A stretch of DNA of 64,000 nucleotides, taken from contig NOWV01000003.1 in the NCBI GenBank assembly GCA_003344405.1, positions 930,001 to 994,000 of the forward strand, given 5' to 3'. A model generated the notes under the pieces. That model was not told the origin of the DNA. It ran no database searches and saw only the letters and a program-made list of their open reading frames with translations. Position numbers and translations under genes: made by a program. The stretch comes from Trichoplax sp. H2 (lineage: Eukaryota). Positions 1 through 13,300 of the stretch are shown piece after piece (the stretch's first letter is position 1; each line of letters starts with the position of its first letter).

Positions 1-829
1 GCTCTGAAAAGGTGTTCTATCTTATCAAAGCACTAATACGAATTGCAGGAAAATTTTCAATCAAAGCATTTCCTTACTATTTCTATTTTCTTGTTATTAC
101 TCTCTAGGAGATCAAAAGAGCAATCATTGAGGAGAAGTTAGAAACTGCTCAAAGAGAAGAAAAAGAAAAAATAACAGCAGAACGACGCGAATTGTACAGT
201 AAAAGAAGAAGTGAACAAGCCGAGTTGAGAGATATTGAAAGGAAACTAGAAAGGATTGAAATGGTTAGTCTTTTTCATCATATTTTAAGAAACAGCTTTC
301 ACTTACAAATGTCCTTATTACTAATATTTGGCAGGAAAAGAGAATGCAAGATTATTACAATGATTTAGGTATATTTATCAAAACTAAAACTTCTCCGCAG
401 TTATTTTATCTTCCTGCTGAGCATAACGATAAAACCCGAGAACTATTAGAAAGTTCGAACAAAGAAATACAAGGTATTTTCTGTATTGCAAGAAGTATTT
501 CAACTACGAATGTCATTCCTTAACTTTGTATAAATTACTTGTGAACAGAACTGCATTCTAGTCGCCTCAAAGAACTAGAAGATCACGAGGCAAACATTCA
601 AAAATTGATTGCAGAACGTCGTAGACGTAACGCCGAAGGAGCAGCTATGGATGTTGCTGAAGAAAAACATTTGCAGGAGGATATAGATGACAAAACGAAA
701 ACTATGGACGAAAATAACGATGGAAATGATAATTCTATGGACGTAGAAAAAGCTAACGAAGTCACTGAAGATAGAGAGGACGCAAATACGGAAGAAAAGG
801 ATGACGACGTGGAAATGAATGAGGTATAA
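1..829 (+). CDS. PNN: Pinin-like protein (Pinin/SDK/memA domain), 3' exons; 5' end lies outside the window
   Basis: GT-AG exons 108-263 (EIKRAIIEEKLETAQREEKEKITAERRELYSKRRSEQAELRDIERK), 335-473 (GIFIKTKTSPQLFYLPAEHNDKTRELLESS, resembling the pinin YIRTKTKPHLFYIP motif) and 549-829 (acidic tail, TAA). Confidence 0.8.
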
Positions 830-2122
830 AATTAGTCAGGTTGTATTATAAGGTAATTTTGGACATTTGTATTGATATTATTGGTGTAGCAGGTCAATTG
901 GTGTCTAATTTTAAGTTATATCCGAACAATCGTTTTACCTTTCGTGGGTAATGTTGTTATACACTTAATGATGCGTAAATTCCATCAGCTGCTGTTCTAC
1001 AAATTTATGATGTGGATTATAACTCTTTCTACTCGGAACATTTTTATCTGGTGTTGTGTACTGTACGTTCTAAGTTCGATATGATGTTATGAGATGATAA
1101 GTCGATTCATATATTAGAGTAGTATACACTCTTGATGGCATTTTGTCATTGTAAATTGAAAAGAAATATATTGCATTATGGATATCAAATAAATGCATTA
1201 TAGAATGATTATTTAGAAAATGATCCACTTAAGTAATTTATGAACTATCATATACTGTAGTAATCGAAATAAGCTAAGAGCGTTGATGTAGTGTTTGATA
1301 GCTGGATACGTTATCTGCTCGTAGTTTTGGTGATTTTGAGCACACTGCCCCAATTTTTATATCTGGTCACTAACGACGCAATTAGACTAAGTTAATCGTC
1401 CCGTGCAGTTATGAGAAATTCTTATTGGAATATAATACAGCACTTAAACATGATTACGGGAAATTATAACAATTAGAAGATCATAAAATCACTAACTATC
1501 ACATGTGAAATAAATTTTTACATGCATACGAGCCTACTTATTAAGATGGATCAGTTGTTGTCTGTATATACATATATATATATACTGTATATACCTGTGA
1601 TTTTAAAGGACGGGAATTGTAAAATATCAATTTGTACATAGCTACAAATTGTGTTAATACAATTACGTATCTTCACGTATGCATTGGTATCATTGCTTGA
1701 ATCTTTTTCACGTACATCTGTAGTGCTCTTGCGATCGACTCCTACAGTATTTTGCATTACAGTTAACTTCAGTATACCATAGATCAAAAAGACACAATCC
1801 ACAGAAATAAATGTATACATGTATACTATAGCTGCAACGAGATGCTATTTTTATGGCAATAGACTTAATACAAAAATTTTAACTACTCTCTAGTGTCGCA
1901 TTTTTTCTCTTTCAGTCAAACCAAAGAATATAAAACTTTATTAGATACTAATTATCATATGGTATCATATTTCTATTTACATACGCGCAAAATGTTATAC
2001 AGAAGTATGGATTAATTTATGTACATTAATCAATATATCGTAACAACTTCTTATATGACAATATGTACCAAAATATAACATGATTGGATTAGAAAAATTT
2101 GGCAGGCAAGCAATAATAAATT

Positions 2123-5100
2123 TTAGCCAAACCAAGTTTTACCCAATCTACAAAGTCTGGATTTTTCCTTTCTAATGCAGTATTTGAACTTGCCGACAAT
2201 AAAACGTTTTTTATCTCTATAATAAATTCCAAATAGTATGATCAATATAAATGCGGTACACAGTAGGAAGGTGTTAAAATGATTTGCTGAATATACGCCG
2301 CTATTTATAAATTCCTTCCATCCTTGGGCGACCTATTCATTTGGAAAGAAACGTTACGTATGCTTTTACTAAATTCGAATTCCATAACACCTTACAATTT
2401 CTGTATATTTATCAGTATAGTATAAAATTAATATAATAACGATATGTATTCAGTATAACAGTAAGCTATACGAATGCCCACTTTGCTCATTACGAATAGA
2501 TAAGTAATAACATGTAATTAAGGCAATATACGTTGGTGCATTAAACCTTTGAGCTAACAATACTGTATGATGGTTCGCAATCAATCAACTCATTGTATCA
2601 CGGGTATTTACATTAGCATTGGCTTAAATTATTTAATAATACTGTAGTAGTAATTTAAACTTAAAAGGATTCTCCTAATCTATTAATCATCTCATGTTAT
2701 ACATACCTTGAAGTTAAAATTCTGTTCTTCTTGGTTAACTTGATCAATCATGCCGGACATTTGTGAATGAACTTGCAAGCTATTGTCATATAAATTGAGT
2801 TTTGCATCAAAAAGATGCTTGTTTTGATTTCTTTGCAGCTTTTTTTGAATTAGGCTAGTTAATCCAGCCACAAAAATTGGATAAATGGATTCTAAAGCAG
2901 CCTAAATATCGTAGAGGTTAAAATTTTATATTTATTTATTAGAACTTGTGAAACTATTATTGATAATACGGTGTGACTTTAGTGCCTAATGCTTAAAATG
3001 CAAGTGAAAAAGAGGTAATAAACCTAGTAGGCTAATACCTTTAGATCTTGAGAGTGAGGATTAAACAAATCGAAGCAGCGCTTATTTGAATTATCACCAT
3101 TACCCCACAACTCGATGGCGAATGAGAAGGGGATCTATTCATATGATATGAATAAATATTAACAGTAAATATCGTACTACTATAAGTTACACGATATCTC
3201 TGCTGCTATTGATAGCATCGAGCTAACTTTTATTATCCTCATAATATCCTCTATTAAAATTTATCTGCACCCACTGGTATTACTAGTTAAAAATGATTTA
3301 TTAAATTTTTATTTTAAATCATTTATCTTTATCCCTACATTTCGTTTCCCTGCCATATAATCAAACACCGTACCATCAGCTGCATAGTCATTTAAGTCGT
3401 ACGCATGGCCGTATGTAAATTTAGAAGCACTGCTCTTAGCCATTATTGAGGCCAATTTCAGCTGTTCTTTAATATTTGCGGGCTTTCGACCTATTTTCTG
3501 GGACATACTGTCTGCAAAAATAATACCATTAATATGTTTATGCATTTAGCAATTGGCTTAGTGTAGTAAATCACACTGTGCCATCGATTAATTAGAATTT
3601 AGTAACCTATGCTTGAAACTCATTCGATATTACTTAGGACGTGGGTACAATTTCAGAACGACTCACTACACTTTCATACTGTGTTCTTACTGGTTAATTG
3701 TGAAAGACATTTTTATCGTTATTACTTTTGTGTTAGACGTAGAAGACATGGTCTACGTTGGAAAAACTGAGAAAAAATTAGCTATGGTACAGTATAAGTA
3801 TCGTATGGGAGACCAATGTAACCTAGCACATTTGATAGAAAAATCTCTCATTCAATTATAATTATTATATCGAAATTAGTATGATACTTACCGGAATATG
3901 GTACGTATATATGCTTAATACCAGCATGTAGAGAGAAGAAAGCATCAAATTCGTATTGACTTGTTAAATCAAGCAAGACGTTGCATTCTGGTTCTAATTG
4001 ATTAAGACGTTTAAAGTATTAAAGAATGAAAACAAAAAAACTTCATATTATTTTTGGTAATCTGTGTAATAATTTAACCATAAAAACAGGCAAACATAGA
4101 ATATAACAAATTCACAATTACGTTTACCATTAATCCCGATATCAAGTTTAAGCCTTTCACTAGTATCGTATTATATCAATTCAAGTAAAATATCTGAGAT
4201 GATAACATCTCCTCGAGCTCGTAATTGACTAATGAATCTTAATCCTTGACTTTGTATAACTCTTATACACTATGTATCGTACAAACCGAACCTCTGATAC
4301 CGCTAATCGTACATATAGCTAAATTACTTGGTATATGCATGAGCTAACTCTAAGGACGAGGTGATATCTTGAAAGCAATAGCGAACTATAGCTACCTAGC
4401 ACAGGGCGATATCACATAGCTGGTATAATAGTCATACTGTTAACAGCTAGTTTAAGTTGAAAATTATAATACTTTTAATAAATGCAGAACTAACATGCAA
4501 TTTCAGGCTCTACTTAGCATAATAGTATTTCATATTAACATCGATTTGCATATTCATTTATTATTTTTAATTTCGTTAACTGTAAAGAATATTTAGTTAT
4601 GGTGTCATAAAATAGATTTAATAAAGAGATTTTGCATCAAATTAATTATCGGTTTCTATTCGAATTAAATCATTTTTATCGAGAATATTACATTAACCTA
4701 TGACAAATGGAGCGTAGATAATTTTTGTTAGTTAAGCTTATACTAATTTCTTAAAGTGGTTTTACCACCTAGAACCATGCATGCATAATATTTTACCAGT
4801 ACATCAAAATTTAGCACTTGATATAAAAAATACAAGTTGCAACACAGTTAGGTTGCGGCTCTGCGACTTTCATTGGTGAAGGTTTGCCCTACATGTAACT
4901 CTACCTGATTGATGTTGCATATCGACCAAATAGAAAGTATCAATTTTAATTTACCTGAGAAAGAATGTGGACCGCGATATTCTTCATCTTCCTTATTACT
5001 GGAACTGCCGCTTCCACCAAATTGCCATTCAAAATTTCTATTTAAATCTACTCCAGTACTAGTACCTCTCCAACAATAATTTCGAGTTCGTTCCGCATAC

Positions 5101-5648
5101 TTGCGACCATCAGGATTCAACATTACGATAATAAATAGATCTACGTAAGTTAAAATGTAATGACTGAAGCGATAGGCAGCATTATCCATTGGCTTTTTAT
5201 CACCGCTATGTTTTAATCCATTGGTTATATTGGTTAGCAAGAAAATGACACTTTCCGTTGGAATCAGTTCTCTTGCATGTTCGCCGCTAGATATTAAAAG
5301 TTTTACTCTTTTTTTACTACTGTCATTCCTCCAGTAATTTGTAATGTTTTGTTTTTTTAGATGAGTGAAGTTAGTAACACGTACTAATAGCTGTGGTTCG
5401 CCTAAACGAGAGACATAAGATAAATCCAGTCTAATATAGTCTTTGAAATTATCAGCCAAGGTTATTATAAGTTCCTTGGTAGTTTTATAATTATGATAAA
5501 TATTATAATCCGGATAGTATAATTCTTGTCTAGGTTTAACATCGCCACATTCAGCTAGGTAAGGGTGGAAGCCTTTCACATCGATTTTTAAAAGTACTAT
5601 CGTTAACAATAATAAAATGCTGGATCTAATCGATTGAATTAAAATCAT
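2123..5648 (-). CDS. M14 zinc metallocarboxypeptidase with signal peptide and predicted C-terminal transmembrane anchor (6 exons)
   Basis: Exons ~5648-4955, ~3993-3891, ~3511-3338, ~3134-3039, ~2901-2707, 2332-2123. Hydrophobic N-terminus; zinc ligands GEHARE and SLH; NPDG; DLNRNF; catalytic Glu in FAIELWG; last exon FLLCTAFILIILFGIYY followed by a basic tail. Confidence 0.85.
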
Positions 5649-7949
5649 CTTTTTCTTCTTTCACAGATTTGTGCTGCAGCACACAAAATATGATCGCAAC
5701 AGATCCAACGGACTACATGGAACTTCTCAGTATCCGGCAAGGTTCTTAATGTTTAATTGAAATATTCGACTACAAGTTGATTAGCTTACCCTATCAGTTT
5801 TCCAATATTCAATGGCTTACTAGTTAAATGTAATTGTAAACCAAGTAACAGTTTACGCGTACACTAAAAAGCTACCGTAGTGTTTCAATGCAATATCTAC
5901 CTTCACGTTGATATTATAATTTTTAGCAGGTGTAAAAAAAATTTCGAAGCTTACACTTCCCTCTATCTATACCAGATAGCAATATACTATACATCAAATA
6001 AATAATATATTGATTAACAGCTATGTATGGTTAAGCGTTATTTGTTTAACTTTATTTATTTACTGTATGTCGAAGCTGATCCTGAATGCTACTTGTTACT
6101 TATAAACTCTACTACTGCTACACGAATAGTATACAGTATATTAATCTGTATACAAATAACGTACGGTACGGTATATTAATTATAGCAGTATATAATTATG
6201 ATATAAAATGACCTTCAATGCGGTTGTCAATAATAATATATTAAAACGATTGTATTAGTATGCAGCCGCAGTCGGTAAGGTTAAAAACTAGCTATTGTCA
6301 TTAAATCATTATCATTACATTATAATAAACCTCAACATTGAGAGCTTAATACATACAAGAAAGCTTTTGTATTATTAAATGAATTCGGTCTAGTTCCAAC
6401 TGTCCGGTACTGTAAATAAGAATTTAATTTATTCCGTGTTTTTTAATATCCTTTTTATGTACAGTACTGTAATAAAAAGGGTCAATAGACTAAGCTGGAA
6501 ATTTATTTCTGCGAGCCTGTAGAAAACTAGACGTTTTAAGTACAGTCGTAGCTTTCTGTACATGGATAATTAAAAATCTACGCTTGAATTATACCGTACT
6601 TGCAGAGGTTTTATACGCCCCTCTTTTTTCTTACAAGTCCTTGACTAATAATAACATAAGGCGTGGAGGATCTACAAAGATTTTAGCCTTCGAACATAAA
6701 AAATTACGTTACATAATTTAGTTTAAATAGTGAGGTAAAATTTGTAGCATCAGTAACTTTATTCGTGTATTTTTTAAAATAATTAAATTGTAATAACAAT
6801 TACAGCTATTGTGATATGACGGTTAATGATGTATAATCGTGCAAGGTGTATGCACATATTGCACATGGTACTGCAAACCATATTAACAAAAAATGAAGAA
6901 AAATGCGCTGTACAGTAATTTAACGGACTGATAAATGCTAACTTTGCAAATTCTTTCTCTACTCCATTATCAATCGTAAGTGCATATCTCAATTTGTTCT
7001 TTAAGGTGGAAAAATGAAGTGTGATGACGTCCATTACGTGATTAAATAAGTAATTAATAACTACTGCACGAGGTTTATACATACAACAGTAAAATTTACG
7101 ATAGGTGAAAGATGATAGGTAGAGAACTCGTCTACTGTGCAAATAAGTGTACAGCCAGCACTGAATACAATAGGATCGTTCAGAATTAGCTAAAGTTATG
7201 TTTTTAGTCCTCAGCATCGATATTCTAACGACTGCAGTATTAGGCACGATGCCAGCAAAGTATAGTATGCACACTCTAAGCTAACTTTAATTTAATCAGG
7301 CTTTCATGATTTGCAGACATCAAGTCGTTAATTCTCTGGACATAAAAATATCTATATATTTAATTAAAACCATGGCTTCTTCTAGTTTTAAAGTGCAGCA
7401 TAATGCAACATTCAGTACAGCGTAATGATGTGCATTGCTCAATTTTTTTTATTCTAAAAGCCGTCTTGCTTTGGCTAGCAAGTTCATTTTACGACGATTG
7501 CAGTTAAGTTGGCGCCGAAACTACAAGTCAGTCGTATGCAAATGTGCTTACAGCTGATTTAGAATAAACAATATCGCGCATCTTAATTAACTTAGCTCCT
7601 GCTTTATTAATTGTAATTGCAATCATCATAGCTCGACTTTCCTGGAGTGAGAAATTGCGATTGTAACAGCTTTCAGAATAGAAGAAAATTTAGGCACCTA
7701 CAGTGTTTGGATACGAATACACCAGAAGTCTGCATGTACAGTACTATTAGGTGGAACGTCTAGTGATAGACTAGTCAAATTTCTCTGTAGTGTGCTGTAT
7801 TATATTTATTCGAGTGATTTATTACTATTTCATTGTCAAGTCAAAAGCCTGTTTAGGCTACCTTAAGATATTACTGTACTCTACTTAACTAGGCATATAA
7901 TTGCGCCATCGTTAAGTCGTAGAACAGTATAAACGTTTCTAGGCAACCC

Positions 7950-8090
7950 TGTACACTGTACACTCAGTGTACAGTACTGTATGTCTTTACAAGTTGATCA
8001 ACGGTTAACAGCATGATACTAGACGCAAAGCAGCAAACTGTACAGTACACTAGTACAGTATGTACTGTATGTCTTTACAAGTACTGAAGG
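7950..8090. repeat. ACTGT/ACAGT pentamer island upstream of TRMT61B
   Basis: gtacactgtacactcagtgtacagtactgt ... ctgtacagtacactagtacagtatgtactgta. Confidence 0.7.
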
Positions 8091-8230
8091 ACAGACTGAC
8101 TGAGACAGCGCAAAGCTCAGAGTCCCCTGTTGGAGGAAAATACTCATCCAAAATGAATAAATTTCAGTACAGCTGCTGCAAGGTGTACGTTGATCAACGG
8201 TTAACAGCATGATAGTAGACGCAAAGCAGC
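7993..8230 (+). repeat. 42-bp direct repeat pair (7993-8034 and 8189-8230)
   Basis: gttgatcaacggttaacagcatgata(c/g)tagacgcaaagcagc occurs twice with one mismatch. Confidence 0.9.
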
Positions 8231-8332
8231 GAAATACTCAACCTTAACATTCAAAATGATTGTAGTTGATATAGATTAATCGTAGTAAGTGATTAATTAT
8301 ACTGTAATTAGTAGTAGTAGAGGGAATCTAGA

Positions 8333-10079
8333 ATGTCGAACAATTGCTACCGTTCATTGCTCAGGCTGCCAGTTGTGAAATATGTAGGCTTTAGTCGTTG
8401 TTGCAGCTGGATCATGTCGACCGGTGTAAATCTCCTTCATACAATTAATGATGCTAGCTTAGAATCACCATTTAAGTACGATGAAATTGTAATGGCTGAG
8501 CATCGAAAAGGTAGAAAACGACTATTTCGACTAACTGTGGGAGGCCAATTTGCATCCCCTCTAGGTATCATCCCTTACGCACAAATTGTTGGTACCAATG
8601 AAAGGTCTACAAGCTTTGCTTCGCATCAAGTACTCTTCTACAGACCTACTCTCGAAGATTACATATTACATATGAAGAGAGGACCTACCGTTACCTATCC
8701 TAAGGATGCAGCAGCTATGGTAACTATGATGGATATTGGCTGTGGTAGCAAGGTTCTAGAATCTGGATCTGGATCCGGAGGACTAACTTTATTTCTCTCA
8801 CGTGCAGGTACGGACAGTAATATAACTAATTAATTACTGTATACTCATAGGAGAGCAGAATTTGCATATTGGAAATATGTCACTAGAACGAAATAGTTAC
8901 GGATAAAAAGATATCTTTATAGTCTGCTTGTATAAAATTGGTTTGAAAGGTTAAAGAATGCAGTACGACTTACAAGTATGCTACAGTTTAAAAATAGCAC
9001 TGAGGTACAATCAATTGTAGTAAACTTCACTATCGTACAGTATAATATAATATAATATCCGTATTTTAACTTTCATTGTACTGTACTGGACCTAGTTGGT
9101 AATGAAGGCCGTATCGATAGTTATGAAGTAAGATCTGGTCATTTAGAGATTGCGAGAAAAAACGTGCAAGCATGGAAAGGATCTTGGAATGTTAACCATT
9201 TGCAGACATGGCCAGATAATATTTATTTCTTTCATCAAGATGTTATTAAGGCTCTTACAATGCCTACAGATGTTTTCGACGCGGTAAATATCTCATAAAA
9301 TGCACAGTGCTTATACACAGTATAGTGAAAGATGGCACAATAATTTGCAAGGCTTCTATACATGGCAGCTTGTAGTATTTCTTATCGAGCAGTTACAATG
9401 CTTTACCATTATATTATTAACAACTTCATACCGTATGTTTGATCTTGTCTAATTTTACACAATTAATTATTGACGTTATTAGGTTGCATTAGACCTACAA
9501 GATTTATCGGATGTTCTTCCGTTTGTGTTGAAAGTATTACGGATTGGCAGACCAGTTGTCGCTTACTTGCCTAAGTACGTAAACCCGTTGATACTATTAC
9601 AAAATTAATAGTAAATAGATTTTGCCGAAAAATTGATAATATATTAATTACAAAACCGTTATTTAGTATCACTCAGGTCATAACAACACTGCAGCATATT
9701 AAGCAGCAATCATTGCCATTTAGTTTGGATAGAGTAGTCGAAGTCTATCATAAATTATGGCACATTGCCCCATCTAAGACACTCAACTTCAGCTCTGGAG
9801 CGACCCACTCGGAATCGAATGCAAAGAAAAACGATTATGATTACTACTTAGCTCGACCTTCTCATGCACAGCATCCACACACCGGTATCGAAAATGTCTT
9901 TATAAATCCTTTAATATTACTAAATTTTATATCAGAATATTAACTTTTAAGCAGTTGAGGTTATTTATCTTTTAGTCATAAATATAATTTGAAATTAAAA
10001 TTTTATATTTACATCGTTCTTGATTTTTTTACTTATCTAATCACAAGCCTTCATTATAAAGATGATAAGAATAGAATAG
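8333..10079 (+). CDS. TRMT61B: Mitochondrial-type tRNA (adenine(58)-N1)-methyltransferase (5 exons)
   Basis: Exons 8333-8807, 9096-9283, 9483-9574, 9667-9884, 10048-10079. Motifs TLEDYILHMKRGPTVTYPKD, SAM-binding VLESGSGSGGLTLFLSRAVG, WPDNIYF, FDAVALD, YLPNITQV, HTAFIIK. N-terminus resembles a targeting peptide. Confidence 0.88.
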
Positions 10080-10159
10080 GATTGACTCGTGTAAGTTATT
10101 ACGATGATTCTAGAGTAATTAGAGTAGCAGTAACTTTTTAATTGGGTAATATACATTGG

Positions 10160-10350
10160 TATCAACAGTACTACTACTTCTTCGACAGGTGTGCGAATTC
10201 GGATACCCATCACTATCATAATATCTACGATATTTCGAAATTCCTTCTGGACTACTGCTTCTCCATTAGTAATTCTACTTCTTCGACAGGTGTGCGAATT
10301 CTAATATCCTTCTCTACCATAATATCTACGATATTTTGAAATTCTTCCGG
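10160..10350 (-). repeat. Tandem ~90-bp duplication of the NRDE2 terminal coding segment
   Basis: On the minus strand, aaatatcgtagatattatg...gaattcgcacacctgtcgaagaagtag occurs both before (~10350-10262) and after (~10250-10160) the stop codon. Confidence 0.85.
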
Positions 10351-13300
10351 GAAATAACATACTCCATCCATATAAATATCCTAAATTCAGATTTTACATT
10401 ATTATTAGTATCAATCACGTAAGGGCATGTTATGATTATTGCAGTAGCACATATCAATGGCATTCTTAACTCCTATCAGTTTTTAAAACTGTATGTTGTA
10501 CCTTAGCCCATGGACAACTTTGAAGTCCTCGATAAAAGACTGCTTTGGCATTTGCAGCGTTTCCTTGACTCATCTAAATATACCGAATTTGCGTAAATAA
10601 CAAGAAGCTATTTTATTAAATCTTTTAAATTGAAATTTTCACGTTTCTGATGAAATATCGAATGTACGAATATGGCTTACGAGAAATTTACGGTTTTAAC
10701 ATTACTTACTTCATAACGCATGTAATCTCTCCAAATTGCTATGCAATGTTTAGTCCAAGGACTAACAATTGCACGTTCGTAGATGGATCGCACTCTATGA
10801 CTAATGCCAGTATCAATGGAGGATAGCCCATCTGACGTTATAGTCGTATTATTAGTTGGATTTAATTGGTTATTAAAGGTATGCAACCTAAATTCTTCTT
10901 GCTGCATTGCGATAAGCCATGGTAACGATGATGAACTTCGGCTGATTACATTATCAAAATAACGCCTCATACGTCCCATAACAAACATTTGCGTTTCATT
11001 GTTAGCAAAAGTAGATAGAAGATCCAAATTGTATGGGTATCTATTCAGAGCTTCAATGTTAAATTGGCGCTTCGTATTATAAGAACAATATGTGGTATCA
11101 GTATGAATTTTGTAGAGAAGTAATTGATTAACGGTTAATTTTTCTAATAGAAAATTCAGTGCTGACATATTTTGTGATAGTTTTAATTGCAAAAATGAAT
11201 CTTTAATTGATGATATTGTCGATTCGAATACATTAGAAGCAGATTCCAGGTTGTTTATGAGATATTCAAATATTGCATGGCAAAATGTGAGATTAATAAT
11301 ATGTTTACATTTTTCTTCTACACTTGAATTAATATTTTCTGAATTTATAGATGAAAATAAATTATCCCTAATGTTATTCATATACTTTTTACAACGAAGA
11401 ATTTCAGTTGATGACAACGTAGTGGATGAAATTGATTTTGAAAAATCCTTTGCTTTATCAGCTAGAATGGATATTACATTGAGTACCGTATTTTGGACGT
11501 TTTCAGTGATAACAGAGTTTAAGGATTCATCATATAGATTTAATTCCAGTTCTATATAGGCCTTAATAACAGCAGTTAGAAATACCATTGAATTTGTCTT
11601 TTTTGACATGTCCAAGACCTGTTCCAGAATTCTTTTCGCCAAGTCAAGGTTGCCTAAGATCATCTCTAATCTAGCATATGCTAGCCAAATCTCGATATTG
11701 CTTCTGTTTAATGATTGTCTAAGAAAATTTTTGCAAAATTTTTCGAAGTTCTTATTTTTAACCATTTGCGACTTCTGATGTGTTGGGTTGCTTCTTATTA
11801 ACCCGTTACAGGTGATTACTTTGCATTTATAAGCAACATAATTTATCCATATCAGTGCTAGCCTTGTGTAATTATGTGCACTAAATAATGATAGCGATTG
11901 TGCAAATATATTTGAGATAAATGCTTCCATATCGGTCCATCGTAAAGATTCTGCATTGATGAAGGTCCATCCGTGATAACCTTGCATTTTAAAGCCTGGG
12001 CATAGCCGCACTTGATTTACATGAGTATATGTTAGCTGATCGAATCGTAGGTCTTCTTCAAGTGATGATGCCTCGAGTAACATTATCGGCACTCCTAAAA
12101 ATTGGAGGAATTTAATAATGATTTCTAATTTTAGCGTTTCTGATGCGATGATAAAAAGGCAAGAATTTATGTCATCGAATAAAACTAATCGATCGACGTC
12201 TTCACAATCATCTTCGGTTTCTCCTTTCAGTCGGTTCGGCTTCCACGGTAACCATCCTTTACCTCTACGATATTTTTCAAGGTTGTTCCAAGCTTTCCAT
12301 AATGGTTTGTCCTTTACAACGCTTTCATCATCTTCAGTATCTGAATTAGATATTTCTCCATTTGATTTATCGATAGTGAAATTTGATCCCTAATTTATAA
12401 CGATCAAAGGAATTAAAGAAAGTAAATTTATCGTAAATAATTAGGTGCATCGTATGCTACGTTTCACATGACATGTTACAGAGTATTAATTTATTGCTCA
12501 ATCTATCATATAAATGAAGTCAATAATTAAAATACGAGGGATATTAGGTGTAATAACCGTATTACTGACCTTTTCTTCAACACTTTTCATCCATTCATGC
12601 CATCCGCTAGCGTTTACTTCTCCAAATCGCGCAATATTACTATCCCAGAAAGTTTCAAAAAAAGCCACTCGTCCTGTTAGGGTCGATGTGTCACAGATTT
12701 GATTGGGGCAAAAACAGTTAAATTCTATTAAGGCTTGAAAGCATGCTATTGCTTTTTCAGTGTGACCGACTTGAGCTAGAAAAGAGCATTTTTGAAGGAA
12801 AATTTTTATCATTCCTTCCTCAGCATTAGATTCGCAGCCATGCGATACTAAATTACCCTCCTTTATATTCGACAAGTTATCTAAGCATTGATCATATAAG
12901 GAAATCAAACGAGTGGCAGAAAATGAAGAAAATCTAGCTTGGGAATAAAGTAGATAATATCTCCATATTATAGATCGGTTAGGGTAAGTAAAAGTTAGTT
13001 TTTTCCATCTTTTTTCCAGCTGGTCATTATCCCAAACTTCGGCACATAATTGCATATGACCCAATATTAATTCCATAGATGTAGGATTTGCTTCGAGTGC
13101 TCGCTCATAAATAGCAATTTTTCGTTCTGTTAAAGCCTTTCTCTTAATATTAGCAGTGAATTTATCTGCATAAGTATCCTGAAATTGAATAAATTGTAAC
13201 CATAATCCAATATTATCGGGATGCTCGCGTAAATCCTTGTTGTAATCATTAGCTAAATTCGATAGATATTCATCCAGGTTGGTAGCTTTAAAAATATGTT

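Noticed and set aside
6783..7274. 163-aa minus-strand ORF between the carboxypeptidase and TRMT61B
   Set aside because: No recognisable motif, composition typical of AT-rich non-coding DNA, and no supporting exon structure.
11251..12702. Plus-strand ORFs inside NRDE2 (and similar ones at 18260, 23835, 27587, 31411, 42688, 54284)
   Set aside because: Antisense shadows of real exons.
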